NCBI GenBank assembly: GCA_965204755.1
Contig: OZ242011.1
Span: 3,840,001-3,904,000, forward strand
Reading direction: 5' to 3'
Length of the DNA: 64,000 nucleotides
Source of the DNA: Candidatus Marinacidobacterium sp.
GTDB taxonomy: Bacteria; Acidobacteriota; Vicinamibacteria; Marinacidobacterales; Marinacidobacteraceae
Position 1 is the first letter of the stretch. Each line of letters opens with the position of its first letter. The translations under genes and the position numbers were made by a program. The notes under the pieces were generated by a model. That model did no database searches, had not been told where the DNA came from, and saw nothing but the letters and a program-made list of their open reading frames with translations. Of this stretch, positions 1-9,913 are shown in pieces.

Positions 1-3000
1 GTTCCGAGAACCGCACTTCCACCTCGATCTCGTCCCCCGGTCCGAAAGCCCCGCCCGCGCCGCTCCCGCTCCCGGAGAGCATCACCCCGGTAACCGTCGG
101 CGCCCGCCCGTCCGCGCCGCTCCCGGCCACCGGCAGGCTCGCGCGGTCCGCAAACGCGTGGCTCCCGAGGCCCAGCCCCGCGGCCGTCCCTCCACGATCT
201 GCGATCGTCCCGCCGTTCAGGGTGAGCGCCGAGGTCCCGATCCCGATCCCGTTCGCGTCCGCGTCACCGGAGACGACGGTGTAGCGGAAGGCGAGCGTCG
301 CGGTCCCGCTGCCCGAGGCGTAGTCCGCCTGACGCATGGCCGAGCCGACGGCGAGCGCCAGCCGCGGGGTCCCGGTGACCGTAACCGGCTCGGAGAAGGA
401 CACCTCCACCTGGATCACATCCCCGGCGATGTACGCGCCGCCGGCGCCGTTCCCCGGATACGCCGGAGACACCGAGACCCCGGTCACCGACGCCGCCACC
501 ACATCCGCGCCGTCCCCGTCCACCACGACATCCGGGTCGGCGGCGAACGCATGGCCCGAGAGGCTCAGGGCCGCGTCTTTCCCGCCGCCGGCGCGCTCCC
601 GGATCCGGCCTCCGGCCAGCGTGAGCGCCGAAGCGCCGATCCCGATCCCGTCCGCGTCCGCATCGGAGCGCTGCACCGTGTAGCGGAACCTCTGGAGGCG
701 CCGATCCGCGCTCGAGGAATGCCACGCCGCCGAACGACGCGCGCTCCCGATGGTCAGCGCCACCTGCGGCCGCCCGATCACCGACACCGGCTCCGAGAAG
801 CGCACTTCCACCGAGATCACATCGCCGGCGATATACACGCCGTTCGCCCCGTTCACGGGCCCGGCCGCCGACACCGAGAGCCCGACCACCGTCGGCGCGA
901 CCACATCGGCGCCGTTCCCGTCCACCGCGAAGTCGGCGTCGTCGCCGACGGCGTGCGTTCCGAGGCCCAGCGCCGCGGCGTTGTTCGCGCTGTCCGTCAT
1001 CATCCCGCCGTTCAGCGCCAGCGCCGAGGCGCCGATGCTGATCCCGTTCGCGTCGGCGTCATCGCTCGCGACGGTGTAGCGGAAAGTCAGCGAGGTCCTC
1101 CGGTTCCCGGAGACGAAGGCCGCCTGGCGGGCCTCGGTCCCGATGGTGATCGCGACCTGCGGCGTCCCGGAAACGGTTATGGCTTCGTCGAAGTACACGG
1201 TTACGGTGATCGCGTCGCCGGCGATGAAGATCCCGCCCGCGCCCTGCCCGGCCCCGGACAGCAGGACGCCGGTGACCCTCGGCCCGACTGCGTCCGCGGC
1301 GGCGCCGTTCACCGTGAAGTCGCCGTCGTCGCTCACGGCGTGGCCGCCCAGGCCGAGCGCGGCGGCGTTGCCGGCGCGGTCGGCGATCCCCCCCCCGTTC
1401 AGCGTGAGCGCAGACGCCCCGATGCCGATCCCGTTGGAGTCGGTGTCGCCGCTGGCGACGATGTAACGGAACTTCAGGGAAGTCGTTCCGCTGCCGGAGG
1501 AATAGTCGGCCTGCCGGATCGCGCTGCCGACGGTGAGCGCTGTCCGCGGCGTCCCGGTAACGACGACCGTTTCGCTGAACTCGACGGTTGCCACGAGGGC
1601 GTCCCCGGCGATGAAGACGCCGCTCGCGCCCTGCGCGCGTCCCGACAGCGTTACGCCGGTAACCGTCGGCGCCCGGATATCGGCCCCGTTCCCGTCCACC
1701 ACCACTTCCCCGTCGGTGATCGCGTGGTCTCCCAGGGCCAGCGCCGCATCGTTGTTCGCGCCGTCGCGGATCGTCCCCCCGTTCAGCGTGAGGGCCGAAG
1801 CCCCGATGCCGATGCCGTCCGAATCCTCGTCCGCCGTCTGCACCGCGTACCGGAACGCCAGCGAAGTCGTCCCGCTGCCGGAGGAGTAGTTCGCCTGCCG
1901 CGTCGCCGTCCCGATGGTGAGCGCCACCCGCGGCGTTCCGGTGACCGTCGCCGCTTCGTCGAACTCCACCTCCACCTCGATGGCGTCCCCGGCGACCAGC
2001 GCACCCATCGCGCCGCTCCCGCTGCCGGAGACCGTTACCCCGACCACCGTCGGCCCCCGGACATCGGCGCCGCCGCCGTCCACCGGGAAGTTCGCGTCGT
2101 CGCTGACGAGGTGGCTGCCGAGGGCGAGCGCCGCGTTGTTGTTCGCGCCGTCCCGGATCGTTCCGCCGTTCAACGTGAGCGCCGAGCCGCCGATGCTGAT
2201 CCCGTTCGAGTCGCTGTCCGCCGCGGCGACGGTGTAGCGGAACACGGCGGAAGTCGTCCCGCTGCCGGAAGCGTACGCCGCCTGGCGGGTCGCGCTGCCG
2301 ATGGAGAGCGCCACCTGCGGGGTCCCGGTAACCGTTACGGCTTCGTCGAAGACGACGGTCACCCGGATCACTTCGCCGGCGATGAACGCGCCGCCGGCCC
2401 CGCTCGCCGTTCCCGAGATGGTTACCCCGGCGACGGCCGGAGAGCGGGCATCGGCGCCGCCGCCGTTGACGGCCGGGCCGGTGTTCGTAACGGCGGTCAG
2501 GGTCAGGACGGCGGCGTCGTTCGCGCTGTCGCGGATCGAGCCGCCGTTCAGTTGGAGTGCGGAGGACGGGACGCTCAGCCCGCCGGCGTCGGAATCCGAG
2601 GATATGACGGTGTAGAGGAAGACCAGGTCCGCGCCGCTCGAATCCGACGAGGAATAGGCGGCGTAGCGGGTCGCGCTCCCGATGGCGAGCGCGAGACGAG
2701 GAGCGCCGGTAGCGGTTACCGCCTCGGAGAAGCGAACGCGCGTCCGGATCACATCCCCGGCGATGAAGGTCCCGCTCGCGCCCTGCGCCGTCCCGGAAAA
2801 GGTCAGTCCGGTGACTTTCGGCAAGGTGTTGTCTCCGTCCACCACGAAACTCGCGCTGTTGGTGATCGTGTGCCCGGAGAGACTCAGGTTCGCGTCGACG
2901 CTGAACGCCCGGATCCGGCCGCCGTTCAACTCGAGCGCGGACGCCCCGATGCTGATGCCGTCCGCATCTTTATCCCCCGACTGCACCCGGTAACGGAAGA

Positions 3001-3316
3001 CGAAGACGACATTATCGGTTCTGAGATAGTCGGCGTAGCGCGTCGCCGTTCCGATACTCAGCGCTATACGCGGTGTGCCGGTGACATTGGTAAAGACATT
3101 GTTGAAGCGGAGGCGCAACTCGATGTGGTCGCCGGCGATGAAGACTCCGTGCGCGCCGCTGCCGGTCCCCCTCAGTCCGAGCGAGAACACCACCGGCGTC
3201 GGGACCTGGGCCGCCACGGCCGGCGCGGCGCCGGGGCCGGTCAGCGAGAGGACGGCGGCGAACGGCAGCGACACGCCGACCGCGAAACCGCGGATTCCGC
3301 CGAGGCGCCCTCTCAA
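1..3316 (-). CDS. Large secreted/surface repeat protein with more than 8 tandem ~130-aa Ig-like beta repeats (3' end outside window)
   Basis: Not in the ORF track because it has no stop inside the window. Manual translation: TTG at 3316 after GAGGCGG, signal peptide MRGRLGG..FAVGVSLPFAAVLSLTG..AVAA|Q, then repeats FIAGD.I.V.V.FSE.V.VTGTP.(V/L)ALTIG.A.RQA.Y.SGSGTT.L.FRYTV...D.D.NGI.IGASALTLNGG.I.D with ~390-bp period. Confidence 0.85.
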   Translation of the reverse strand, partial: MRGRLGGIRGFAVGVSLPFAAVLSLTGPGAAPAVAAQVPTPVVFSLGLRGTGSGAHGVFIAGDHIELRLRFNNVFTNVTGTPRIALSIGTATRYADYLRTDNVVFVFRYRVQSGDKDADGISIGASALELNGGRIRAFSVDANLSLSGHTITNSASFVVDGDNTLPKVTGLTFSGTAQGASGTFIAGDVIRTRVRFSEAVTATGAPRLALAIGSATRYAAYSSSDSSGADLVFLYTVISSDSDAGGLSVPSSALQLNGGSIRDSANDAAVLTLTAVTNTGPAVNGGGADARSPAVAGVTISGTASGAGGAFIAGEVIRVTVVFDEAVTVTGTPQVALSIGSATRQAAYASGSGTTSAVFRYTVAAADSDSNGISIGGSALTLNGGTIRDGANNNAALALGSHLVSDDANFPVDGGGADVRGPTVVGVTVSGSGSGAMGALVAGDAIEVEVEFDEAATVTGTPRVALTIGTATRQANYSSGSGTTSLAFRYAVQTADEDSDGIGIGASALTLNGGTIRDGANNDAALALGDHAITDGEVVVDGNGADIRAPTVTGVTLSGRAQGASGVFIAGDALVATVEFSETVVVTGTPRTALTVGSAIRQADYSSGSGTTSLKFRYIVASGDTDSNGIGIGASALTLNGGGIADRAGNAAALGLGGHAVSDDGDFTVNGAAADAVGPRVTGVLLSGAGQGAGGIFIAGDAITVTVYFDEAITVSGTPQVAITIGTEARQAAFVSGNRRTSLTFRYTVASDDADANGISIGASALALNGGMMTDSANNAAALGLGTHAVGDDADFAVDGNGADVVAPTVVGLSVSAAGPVNGANGVYIAGDVISVEVRFSEPVSVIGRPQVALTIGSARRSAAWHSSSADRRLQRFRYTVQRSDADADGIGIGASALTLAGGRIRERAGGGKDAALSLSGHAFAADPDVVVDGDGADVVAASVTGVSVSPAYPGNGAGGAYIAGDVIQVEVSFSEPVTVTGTPRLALAVGSAMRQADYASGSGTATLAFRYTVVSGDADANGIGIGTSALTLNGGTIADRGGTAAGLGLGSHAFADRASLPVAGSGADGRAPTVTGVMLSGSGSGAGGAFGPGDEIEVEVRFSE

Positions 3317-3546
3317 GGGAATCCGCCTCGGCGGCGCTCCGGCGTTCGTCCCCCAGTTCGGCGAGGCGGCGGCCTTCGTCCCATCGAATGATCCGTCCTC
3401 CCGATGGTCATCTCTTCGGGGAAGAAGGCGGGGTGGCCGCCCGGTCGTCGCTCATCCCCGGTATCGTACCGGGAGGCGGCCCGGCGCGGAGACCGCGAAG
3501 CCGCCGAGGCATCCCCGGTCGAAGCCCGCCTCGCGGACTCCGGTCG

Positions 3547-4539
3547 TTACCGCGTCCCGGGTTCCGGAGGCGGGTCGTAGGGGCCGTAGTAGCCGCGGCG
3601 GGCGCGGAGTTCGATCCCGTCGATGCCGGGTTTGACCACTTCCACCTCGATCTTGCGGTAGCGTCCTTCCCGGCGGGTGTTCGTGGAGACATATCCCAAG
3701 TTGTACTGGCTGTACAACTCGTCGAGGATGCGGTCGTAGAGTTCGTCGAGCCGTTCGAGCGAGGAGGCAAGCGCATAGGAGCCGCCGGTCGCGTCGGCGA
3801 TGGCGCGAAGGAACCGGGAGTTCTCGAAGACCTGGTCGTGGCGCGCCCGGTCCGCGAAATGGATGGAATGGATGGTGGTGTCGGAGATTTTCACCAGGTC
3901 CATCGCCTCGGAGAACATGAGGGTCGAACGGGAATCCACGCCGTCGCTGAACACGGCGAGCGTCTTCCGGCCGTCGTAGTCGTACACCCGGTCCAGGAAA
4001 GTCGCCACCGAGTCGTAGAGAGCCGTCCAGCCGTCGGCTTCGATGTCGTAGATGCGGTTCGAGATCGTCCGCTGGTCGTCGGAGGAATACTCCGACAAGC
4101 GGATGTTCTCGTCGAAACTGATGATGAGCAGGTGCTCGGTGCGGGGGATGTTGGTCAGGAACTTGATCGCCGCCTCGTGGAGCAGGGCCATGTCGTCCTC
4201 CATGCTGCCCGACGAGTCGAGCAGCAATCCGATCACCTGCCGCGCCGAGAGTTCCTCCTTCTCTTCCGGGGGCAAGTCCACCCAGGACTCTTCGAGCCCG
4301 GCGCCGAAGACCACGATCTCCTGTTCCACGCCGTCCTCGGTGATGCGGAAGTCGGCGGCCTCGAGCCCGGTGACGAAGGCGCCGTCCCGGTCGGTGACCG
4401 CGACCGGGACGGAGACGAGGTCCACCCCGGACTCGAAGCGGTAGATCTGCTGCGGTCCTTCCGGGCCGCCGGCGTAAGCGGAGGCGCCGGCCGACAGGCC
4501 GACGGCCGCGGCGACCGCGCCGCGCCGAAAGCGGGTCAT
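3547..4539 (-). CDS. VWA domain protein, Acidobacteria-type VWFA-related family
   Basis: Signal peptide; F.S.VDLVSVPVAVTDRDG.FV.GL...DF.I.EDG..Q.I; MIDAS DSSGSM, TALYD, FSDGVD; C-terminal QY.LGY.STN....G.YRKI.V...RARRGYY. Confidence 0.9.
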   Translation of the reverse strand: MTRFRRGAVAAAVGLSAGASAYAGGPEGPQQIYRFESGVDLVSVPVAVTDRDGAFVTGLEAADFRITEDGVEQEIVVFGAGLEESWVDLPPEEKEELSARQVIGLLLDSSGSMEDDMALLHEAAIKFLTNIPRTEHLLIISFDENIRLSEYSSDDQRTISNRIYDIEADGWTALYDSVATFLDRVYDYDGRKTLAVFSDGVDSRSTLMFSEAMDLVKISDTTIHSIHFADRARHDQVFENSRFLRAIADATGGSYALASSLERLDELYDRILDELYSQYNLGYVSTNTRREGRYRKIEVEVVKPGIDGIELRARRGYYGPYDPPPEPGTR

Positions 4540-4581
4540 GCGCGGATTCTCCCATCCCCGCCCCGCGCGACGGCGCGCCGC

Positions 4582-6474
4582 TCAGTCCGGAAGAAGGCCC
4601 TCCAAACTGCGCACCGCGAGGTCGAACCGGTGGAACGGCGGCATCAGATAGACCCCCTCGGCCAGCCCCTGCGCCGCTTCCACCATCTCGCGGGCGACGG
4701 AAACCCCGACGGAACGAGCCTCGGCGCGGCCGCTCGCCGCCCGGAGCCGTTCCCGGACGGCGCGCGGCACGGTCATCCCCGGCACTTCGTTGTGGAGGAA
4801 CTCCGCGTTCCGGGAACTCACCAGCGGCAGCACGCCCACCAGCACCGGGATCCGCCGGGGGGAGATGGCTTCGAGGAACCGCTCCAGGAGTTTCGGCTCG
4901 TACACCGGCTGGGTGAGGCAGTACTCGGCCCCGGCCTCGCGCTTCTTCCCGAACTTGGCGATCTCCCCTTCGAAGTCCGCCGCCGCCGGGTTCGCCCCGA
5001 CACCGATGTGGAACGGGAGCGCCGCGCCCACCGGGTTGCCGGCGAGGTCGAGTCCCCGGTTCAGGCCCTGGAGGATGCGGACGAGCCCCACCGAGTCGGT
5101 GTCGAACACCGGGGTGGCGTGCGGGTAGTCGCCGAGTTTCGGGGGATCGCCGGTCACCGCCAAGAGGTTGCGGAGGCCCAGGGCGTGCGCGCCGAGCAGG
5201 TCCGCCTGGATGCCGATGAGGTTCCGGTCCCGGCACTGGTAGTGGAGGATCGTTTCCACCCGGCCTTCCCTTTCGAGGAGCGCCGCGAAGGCGATCGCGC
5301 TCATCCGGGCCGTGGCGCGCGGGCCGTCGGCCACATTCACGAAGCGGACGCCGGCCTCGGCCAGTTCCCCGGCGGTCCGGAGGAGTTTCCCGGCGTCCGC
5401 CCCCCGCGGCGGGTCCATCTCCACCGAGACGGCGAACCGGCCTTCGTCGAGGGCGCGGGCGAGGGCGGACCGCTCCGGGAGCGGCGTCGGGGGCAACTCC
5501 TCCGGGGGCGGGCGCGGGGGCTTCGCTTCCCCCCGGACGGCGGCCGTCCCGGGCGCGCGGGGCGCTGTCGAAGGCCCGGTTTCGCCGGTCCGGGCCGACT
5601 CCGCCCGGATGACGCCGGCGATGGCGGCGAGGTGCGCCGGCCCGGTGCCGCAGCAGCCGCCGATCACCCGGACGCCGAGCCGGAGGTACCGCTTCGCGTA
5701 GTGGCCGGAGTAGTCCGGGGAGGAGGGGTAGAAGAACCGGCCGTCCTTCCGGGCCGGGATGCCGGCGTTCGGTTGGGCGATGAGAGGAAGGTCGGTGCCC
5801 CGGCGCATCCGTTCCAGCGCGGCGAAGGCGCTCTCCGGCCCCACGCCGCAGTTCGCGCCGACCGCGTCCGCCCCCGCCCGGTCGAGTTCCGCCCCCACCC
5901 GGTCCGGCGCGGTCCCGAGCGCCGTCTCCAACTGCTCGGAGAAGGTGGTGAGGACCGCGACCGCGAGGTCGGGCGCGACTTCGCGGGCGGCGGCGAGGGC
6001 GAGCCGCGCCTCCGCGAGGGTGGTGAAGGTCTCGATCAGGAGCGCGTCCACTCCGGCGTCGGCCAACGCCTCGATCTGCTCGACGAAGGCGGCGCGGACC
6101 TCCCCGGCCCGCGGGTCGTCGGAGGAGGCGAGCGTCTCCCCGGAAGGCCCGACCGAGCCGAAGACCGCTCCCCCGCCGGCGGCCGCGCTCCGCGCGACGC
6201 GGACTCCGGCGCGGTTGATCGCCGCGGCCTCGCCCGCCAGCCCGTGTTTCGCCAGTTGGAACCGGTTCGCGCCGAAGGTGTTGGTCGTGAGGACTTCGGC
6301 GCCCGCCGCGAGATGGGCGGCGTGGACCGCGCGCACCCGGTCCGGGTCGGAGCGGTTCAGGTCGTCGAAGCACCGCCGCGCGGCGATCCCCGCGTGGTAG
6401 AGCGCGGTCCCCATCGCCCCGTCCCCGACCCGCGGCCGCTCCCGCAGGAAGTCCGCGAATTCCGCCCGGTTCAT
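4582..6474 (-). CDS. yitJ: Bifunctional homocysteine S-methyltransferase / methylenetetrahydrofolate reductase
   Basis: DGAMGT, TNTFGAN, GANCGVGP, GGCCGT in the HMT domain; VSVEMDPP, VTGDPPKLGDYP, TQPVYE in the MTHFR domain. Confidence 0.93.
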   Translation of the reverse strand: MNRAEFADFLRERPRVGDGAMGTALYHAGIAARRCFDDLNRSDPDRVRAVHAAHLAAGAEVLTTNTFGANRFQLAKHGLAGEAAAINRAGVRVARSAAAGGGAVFGSVGPSGETLASSDDPRAGEVRAAFVEQIEALADAGVDALLIETFTTLAEARLALAAAREVAPDLAVAVLTTFSEQLETALGTAPDRVGAELDRAGADAVGANCGVGPESAFAALERMRRGTDLPLIAQPNAGIPARKDGRFFYPSSPDYSGHYAKRYLRLGVRVIGGCCGTGPAHLAAIAGVIRAESARTGETGPSTAPRAPGTAAVRGEAKPPRPPPEELPPTPLPERSALARALDEGRFAVSVEMDPPRGADAGKLLRTAGELAEAGVRFVNVADGPRATARMSAIAFAALLEREGRVETILHYQCRDRNLIGIQADLLGAHALGLRNLLAVTGDPPKLGDYPHATPVFDTDSVGLVRILQGLNRGLDLAGNPVGAALPFHIGVGANPAAADFEGEIAKFGKKREAGAEYCLTQPVYEPKLLERFLEAISPRRIPVLVGVLPLVSSRNAEFLHNEVPGMTVPRAVRERLRAASGRAEARSVGVSVAREMVEAAQGLAEGVYLMPPFHRFDLAVRSLEGLLPD

Positions 6475-6483
6475 CGAGCGGGC

Positions 6484-6489
6484 AGTCTA
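6484..6489 (-). promoter_or_regulatory. Putative -10 box (TAGACT) 9 nt upstream of the yitJ start
   Basis: TANNNT hexamer in a GC-rich context, with no SD between it and the ATG. Confidence 0.45.
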
Positions 6490-6663
6490 GATTCGCGCCC
6501 TCCGGCGGCTCCCTCACCGGACGCCGGACCGACCGGTGAGTCCGCTCACCCCGGCCCAAGCCGGTTCGGGAGCGCGTCGCGGCCGCCTCCGGTCGACGAC
6601 CGTCGCGCGCGGTGCGACGGCCGCAATACATCGACCGCCGGCCTCTCTATACCGAGGAGCGCC

Positions 6664-7809
6664 GTGCCCGTGACGAACGCGCTCGACCCCTTCGTGCCGG
6701 GGGCGGGGATACTGCCTCCGTATCTCGCCGGGCGTGAGGCGGAGCAGTCGCTGTTCCGCAAGATCTTCGGAAGGTTGCGCGAGGGGAGGTCGCTGCCGGA
6801 CGAAGTGATCCTCTACGGCCCTCGAGGGAACGGGAAGACCGCCCTGCTCGCGTGGATCGAAAAGCAGGTCGAGGCCGATGACGCCCTCGATTCGGTTTGG
6901 CTGACTCCCTCCGAGGTTCCCGACCTCGAAGCGCTGGCGCATCGCCTTCGGGTCGTTTCCTGGTTCCGGCGACTGTCGCCGGAGAGTTTCTCGGTCGCCG
7001 GCATGGGCGTTTCCCTTCGACCGTCGAACCCGCAGCCGCTGTTGACGGAGGCGCTGCAGGCTCGGGCGAAGGAGCGGCCGCTGCTCGTTCTCCTCGACGA
7101 AGCGCACACGCTCGAACCGGGTGTCGGGCGCGTCCTGCTGAATGCCGCGCAGGCGGCGCGGCGTCACTCGCCGTTCCTCCTCGTCCTGGCCGGCACACCG
7201 GACCTGCAGGCCCGGCTGTCGAAGATCGAAGCCTCCTTCTGGGGTCGAGCCCGCGAACTGCCGGTCGGCCGCCTGGAAGAAGCCGCGGCCGCGGAAGCCG
7301 TTCGTCGGCCGCTCGCGAGAGAAGGAGTGGAGATCGAAGCGGCCGCCTTGGACTGCATCGTCCGGGAGAGCCACGGTTACCCGTTCTTCTTGCAGGTCTG
7401 GGGCAGCGCCGTATGGGACACGCTCCACGAGGCGCTGAGCGAGTTTCCCGGCATCGCTCCCCGCGCGTCGGTCGCGATCGTCGAAGCGGCCGCGCCGCAT
7501 TTCGAGGATCGGAAAGGGCGGTACTACCGCCAGCGGGTCGAAGAACTCCAGAAGCGGTCCCTGGTTCCGGCGGCGCGGCAGGTCGCCGCCGCTTTCTCGG
7601 ACGAACCCACACTGAGCGATTCCGAGATCGACGAGGCCCTCCGCCGCGGCGCCTCCTCGGGAGGCCCGGACCCCGGCGAGGCGCGAGAGTCGCTGCGACA
7701 CCTCGGCTACATCTGGCGCGCCCAAGCCACCATCAAGTGGGAACCGGGGATCCCGAGCCTCATGGACTACCTCCTCGAACAGACGACGGCCCCCGGGCGG
7801 CCGGCATGA
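6664..7809 (+). CDS. AAA-family P-loop ATPase (AAA_16 / archaeal-ATPase-like)
   Basis: 3' part of track ORF 3388..7809. GAGGAG before GTG 6664/6670; DPF.PGAG..PPYLAGRE, Walker A GPRGNGKT, Walker B LVLLDEAH, GYPFFLQ. Confidence 0.85.
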   Translation: MPVTNALDPFVPGAGILPPYLAGREAEQSLFRKIFGRLREGRSLPDEVILYGPRGNGKTALLAWIEKQVEADDALDSVWLTPSEVPDLEALAHRLRVVSWFRRLSPESFSVAGMGVSLRPSNPQPLLTEALQARAKERPLLVLLDEAHTLEPGVGRVLLNAAQAARRHSPFLLVLAGTPDLQARLSKIEASFWGRARELPVGRLEEAAAAEAVRRPLAREGVEIEAAALDCIVRESHGYPFFLQVWGSAVWDTLHEALSEFPGIAPRASVAIVEAAAPHFEDRKGRYYRQRVEELQKRSLVPAARQVAAAFSDEPTLSDSEIDEALRRGASSGGPDPGEARESLRHLGYIWRAQATIKWEPGIPSLMDYLLEQTTAPGRPA

Positions 7810-7930
7810 CCGGCTCGATCCGTCCCGACCGGCCGCGGTAGTCCCGCGCTCGCCCGGCCCGCGGGCCGCCGGGCCCGGGTCGAGCGGCGCGGGAACCGGC
7901 GGCGGGACTCGTCGTCGCCCTCCGCCCGCC

Positions 7931-7936
7931 TAGACT
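7931..7936 (+). promoter_or_regulatory. Putative -10 box (TAGACT) upstream of argS
   Basis: Same hexamer as at yitJ, 12 nt before ATG 7949. Confidence 0.45.
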
Positions 7937-7948
7937 CCGCGCCGCGAG

Positions 7949-9913
7949 ATGACCGAGGCGCTCAGCGAAGCGGTGCGGCGGGCGGCCGCCGCCGGGGCCG
8001 CCGATGCCGCCGCCGCCGATGCCGCCGTCGCCCTGCCGGCGGACTTCGCGGTCGCAGCCGATGTCCCCCCGGCTCCGGAGCAGGGCGATGTGGCGTTCCC
8101 GACGGCCTTCGCCCTCGCCCGGATCCTCCGCCGCCGGCCGCGGGAGATCGCCGAAGACTTGGCGGCGGCGCTCCGGGAGGGGCCGCACGCCGGCGCGGTC
8201 GCCCGGGTCGAGGTCGCGGGGCCGGGCTATGTGAATGTGTTCCTGCGGCGGGAGGCCCATCTCCTCGCCGCGGCCGACGGCCCGGCCCCGGATCCCGGCG
8301 CGCCGGACGGCGTCCACATCGTCGAGCACACCAGCATCAACCCGAACAAGGCGGCGCACATCGGACACCTGCGGAACGCCGCGCTGGGCGACTCGTTCGC
8401 GCGCCTCCTCCGTTTCCTCGGCCACCGGATCGAGGTCCAGAACTACATAGACGACACCGGCGTCCAAGTCGCGGATGTGGCGCTCGGTTTCGTCCGGCTC
8501 CGCGGCGCGGACGCCGACGAGGTCCGGCGGCTGGCGGTTGCGCCGAGGTTCGACTTCCTCTGCTGGGACCTCTACACCGAGGCCTCGGCGTGGATCGAGT
8601 CCGACCCGGCCGGCAAGGAGGCGCGCCGCGAAGCGCTCCACGGTCTGGAGCGCGGGGAAGCGCCGTGGGCGGAAATCGGCGCGGTCGTCTCCGAGGCGGT
8701 CGCCCGCCGCCACCTGGAGACGATGGAGCGGATCGGCGTCCGCTACGACCTGCTGGCGTGCGAGAAGACGGTGCTCCGCCTGGAGTTCTGGGACCGGGCT
8801 TTCGAGTTGCTGCGCGACGCCGGCGCGCTCCGGCTCAGCGAGAGCGGGAAAAACCGGGGCTGCTGGGTGATGGACACGCCGCTGGCGCAGGACGGCGAGA
8901 AGGTCATCGTGCGCTCGAACGGCACCGCCACCTATGTGGCGAAGGACATCGGCTACCAGGTCTGGCAACTGGGCGGGCTGGACCGGGACGCGCGTTTCCG
9001 GCGGTTCCACGAGTATCCCGACGGCGCGAGCGCCTGGATCACCACGGACGAGGAGGGGGATTCGGGCGCGCCGGCGTTCGGGAACGCGGCGCTGGTCCAC
9101 CATGTGATCGACGCCCGCCAGTCCTACCCGCAGCGGATCGTCCAGGAAGCGGTGGCGCGGCTGGCCACCGAGGAGGACCGGGCGCGGACCCGGCATTTCT
9201 CCTACGAGATGGTCTCGCTGACTCCGGCGACGGTCGCGGCGCTGGGACTGGGCGGAGCGGAGGAGTCGGGCGGCGCCGTCGAAGTCTCCGGGCGGAAGGG
9301 GATCGGCGTGAAGGCGGACGACTTCCTGGATGCCCTCATCGCCCGCGCCGAAGGGGAAGTGGCGTCGCGGAACCCGGACATCGACCCGGAGGCCCGCGCC
9401 GGGCTGGCGCGGGACATCGCGGTCGGCGCGCTCCGCTACCTGATGGTGCGGTTCACGAAGAACCAGGTCATCGTCTTCGACCTCGACGAGGCGCTCAGTT
9501 TCGACGGCGCGACCGGGCCGTACCTCCAGTACGCCGCCGTCCGGGCGCGGAAGATCCTCGACCGGGCGGGCATCCCGGCCCCGACGGAGTTCCCGAAGCC
9601 GCCGGGAGGACTCGACGAGCGGCTCTCGGCGCTCGACCCGGCGGAATCTTCGGCCCTGTGGGTGCTGATGCGGGAGGCGGCGCGGCTCGGCGAAACCGCG
9701 CTCCGCGCCGTGGAAGACGAAGACCCGCAGGTCCTCGCCCGCTGGGCCTACGAGGGGGCGCAGCGCTTCAACGGGTTCTACCACCGGTACCGGATCGCCG
9801 GGGAATCCGACGAGAACGCGCGGGAACTGCGGGCCTACGCGGTGTGCGTGTTCGACCGGCAGCACCGGCGCGGCCTCGACCTGCTGGGGATTCCGGTCCC
9901 GGAGCGGATGTGA
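7949..9913 (+). CDS. argS: Arginine--tRNA ligase
   Basis: VEHTSINPNKAAHIGHLRN (HIGH motif), NYIDDTGVQ, VSGRKG, G.TGPYLQYA. Confidence 0.96.
   Translation: MTEALSEAVRRAAAAGAADAAAADAAVALPADFAVAADVPPAPEQGDVAFPTAFALARILRRRPREIAEDLAAALREGPHAGAVARVEVAGPGYVNVFLRREAHLLAAADGPAPDPGAPDGVHIVEHTSINPNKAAHIGHLRNAALGDSFARLLRFLGHRIEVQNYIDDTGVQVADVALGFVRLRGADADEVRRLAVAPRFDFLCWDLYTEASAWIESDPAGKEARREALHGLERGEAPWAEIGAVVSEAVARRHLETMERIGVRYDLLACEKTVLRLEFWDRAFELLRDAGALRLSESGKNRGCWVMDTPLAQDGEKVIVRSNGTATYVAKDIGYQVWQLGGLDRDARFRRFHEYPDGASAWITTDEEGDSGAPAFGNAALVHHVIDARQSYPQRIVQEAVARLATEEDRARTRHFSYEMVSLTPATVAALGLGGAEESGGAVEVSGRKGIGVKADDFLDALIARAEGEVASRNPDIDPEARAGLARDIAVGALRYLMVRFTKNQVIVFDLDEALSFDGATGPYLQYAAVRARKILDRAGIPAPTEFPKPPGGLDERLSALDPAESSALWVLMREAARLGETALRAVEDEDPQVLARWAYEGAQRFNGFYHRYRIAGESDENARELRAYAVCVFDRQHRRGLDLLGIPVPERM

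Noticed and set aside
158-3391. 1077-aa plus-strand ORF and the periodic ~110-aa ORFs
   Set aside because: Antisense shadows of the minus-strand repeat protein; Arg/Pro-rich with no motifs
3388-6663. N-terminal ~1090 aa of the 1473-aa ORF, and other long Arg/Gly/Pro-rich ORFs across the window
   Set aside because: Antisense or off-frame to well-supported genes; stop codons are rare at this GC content
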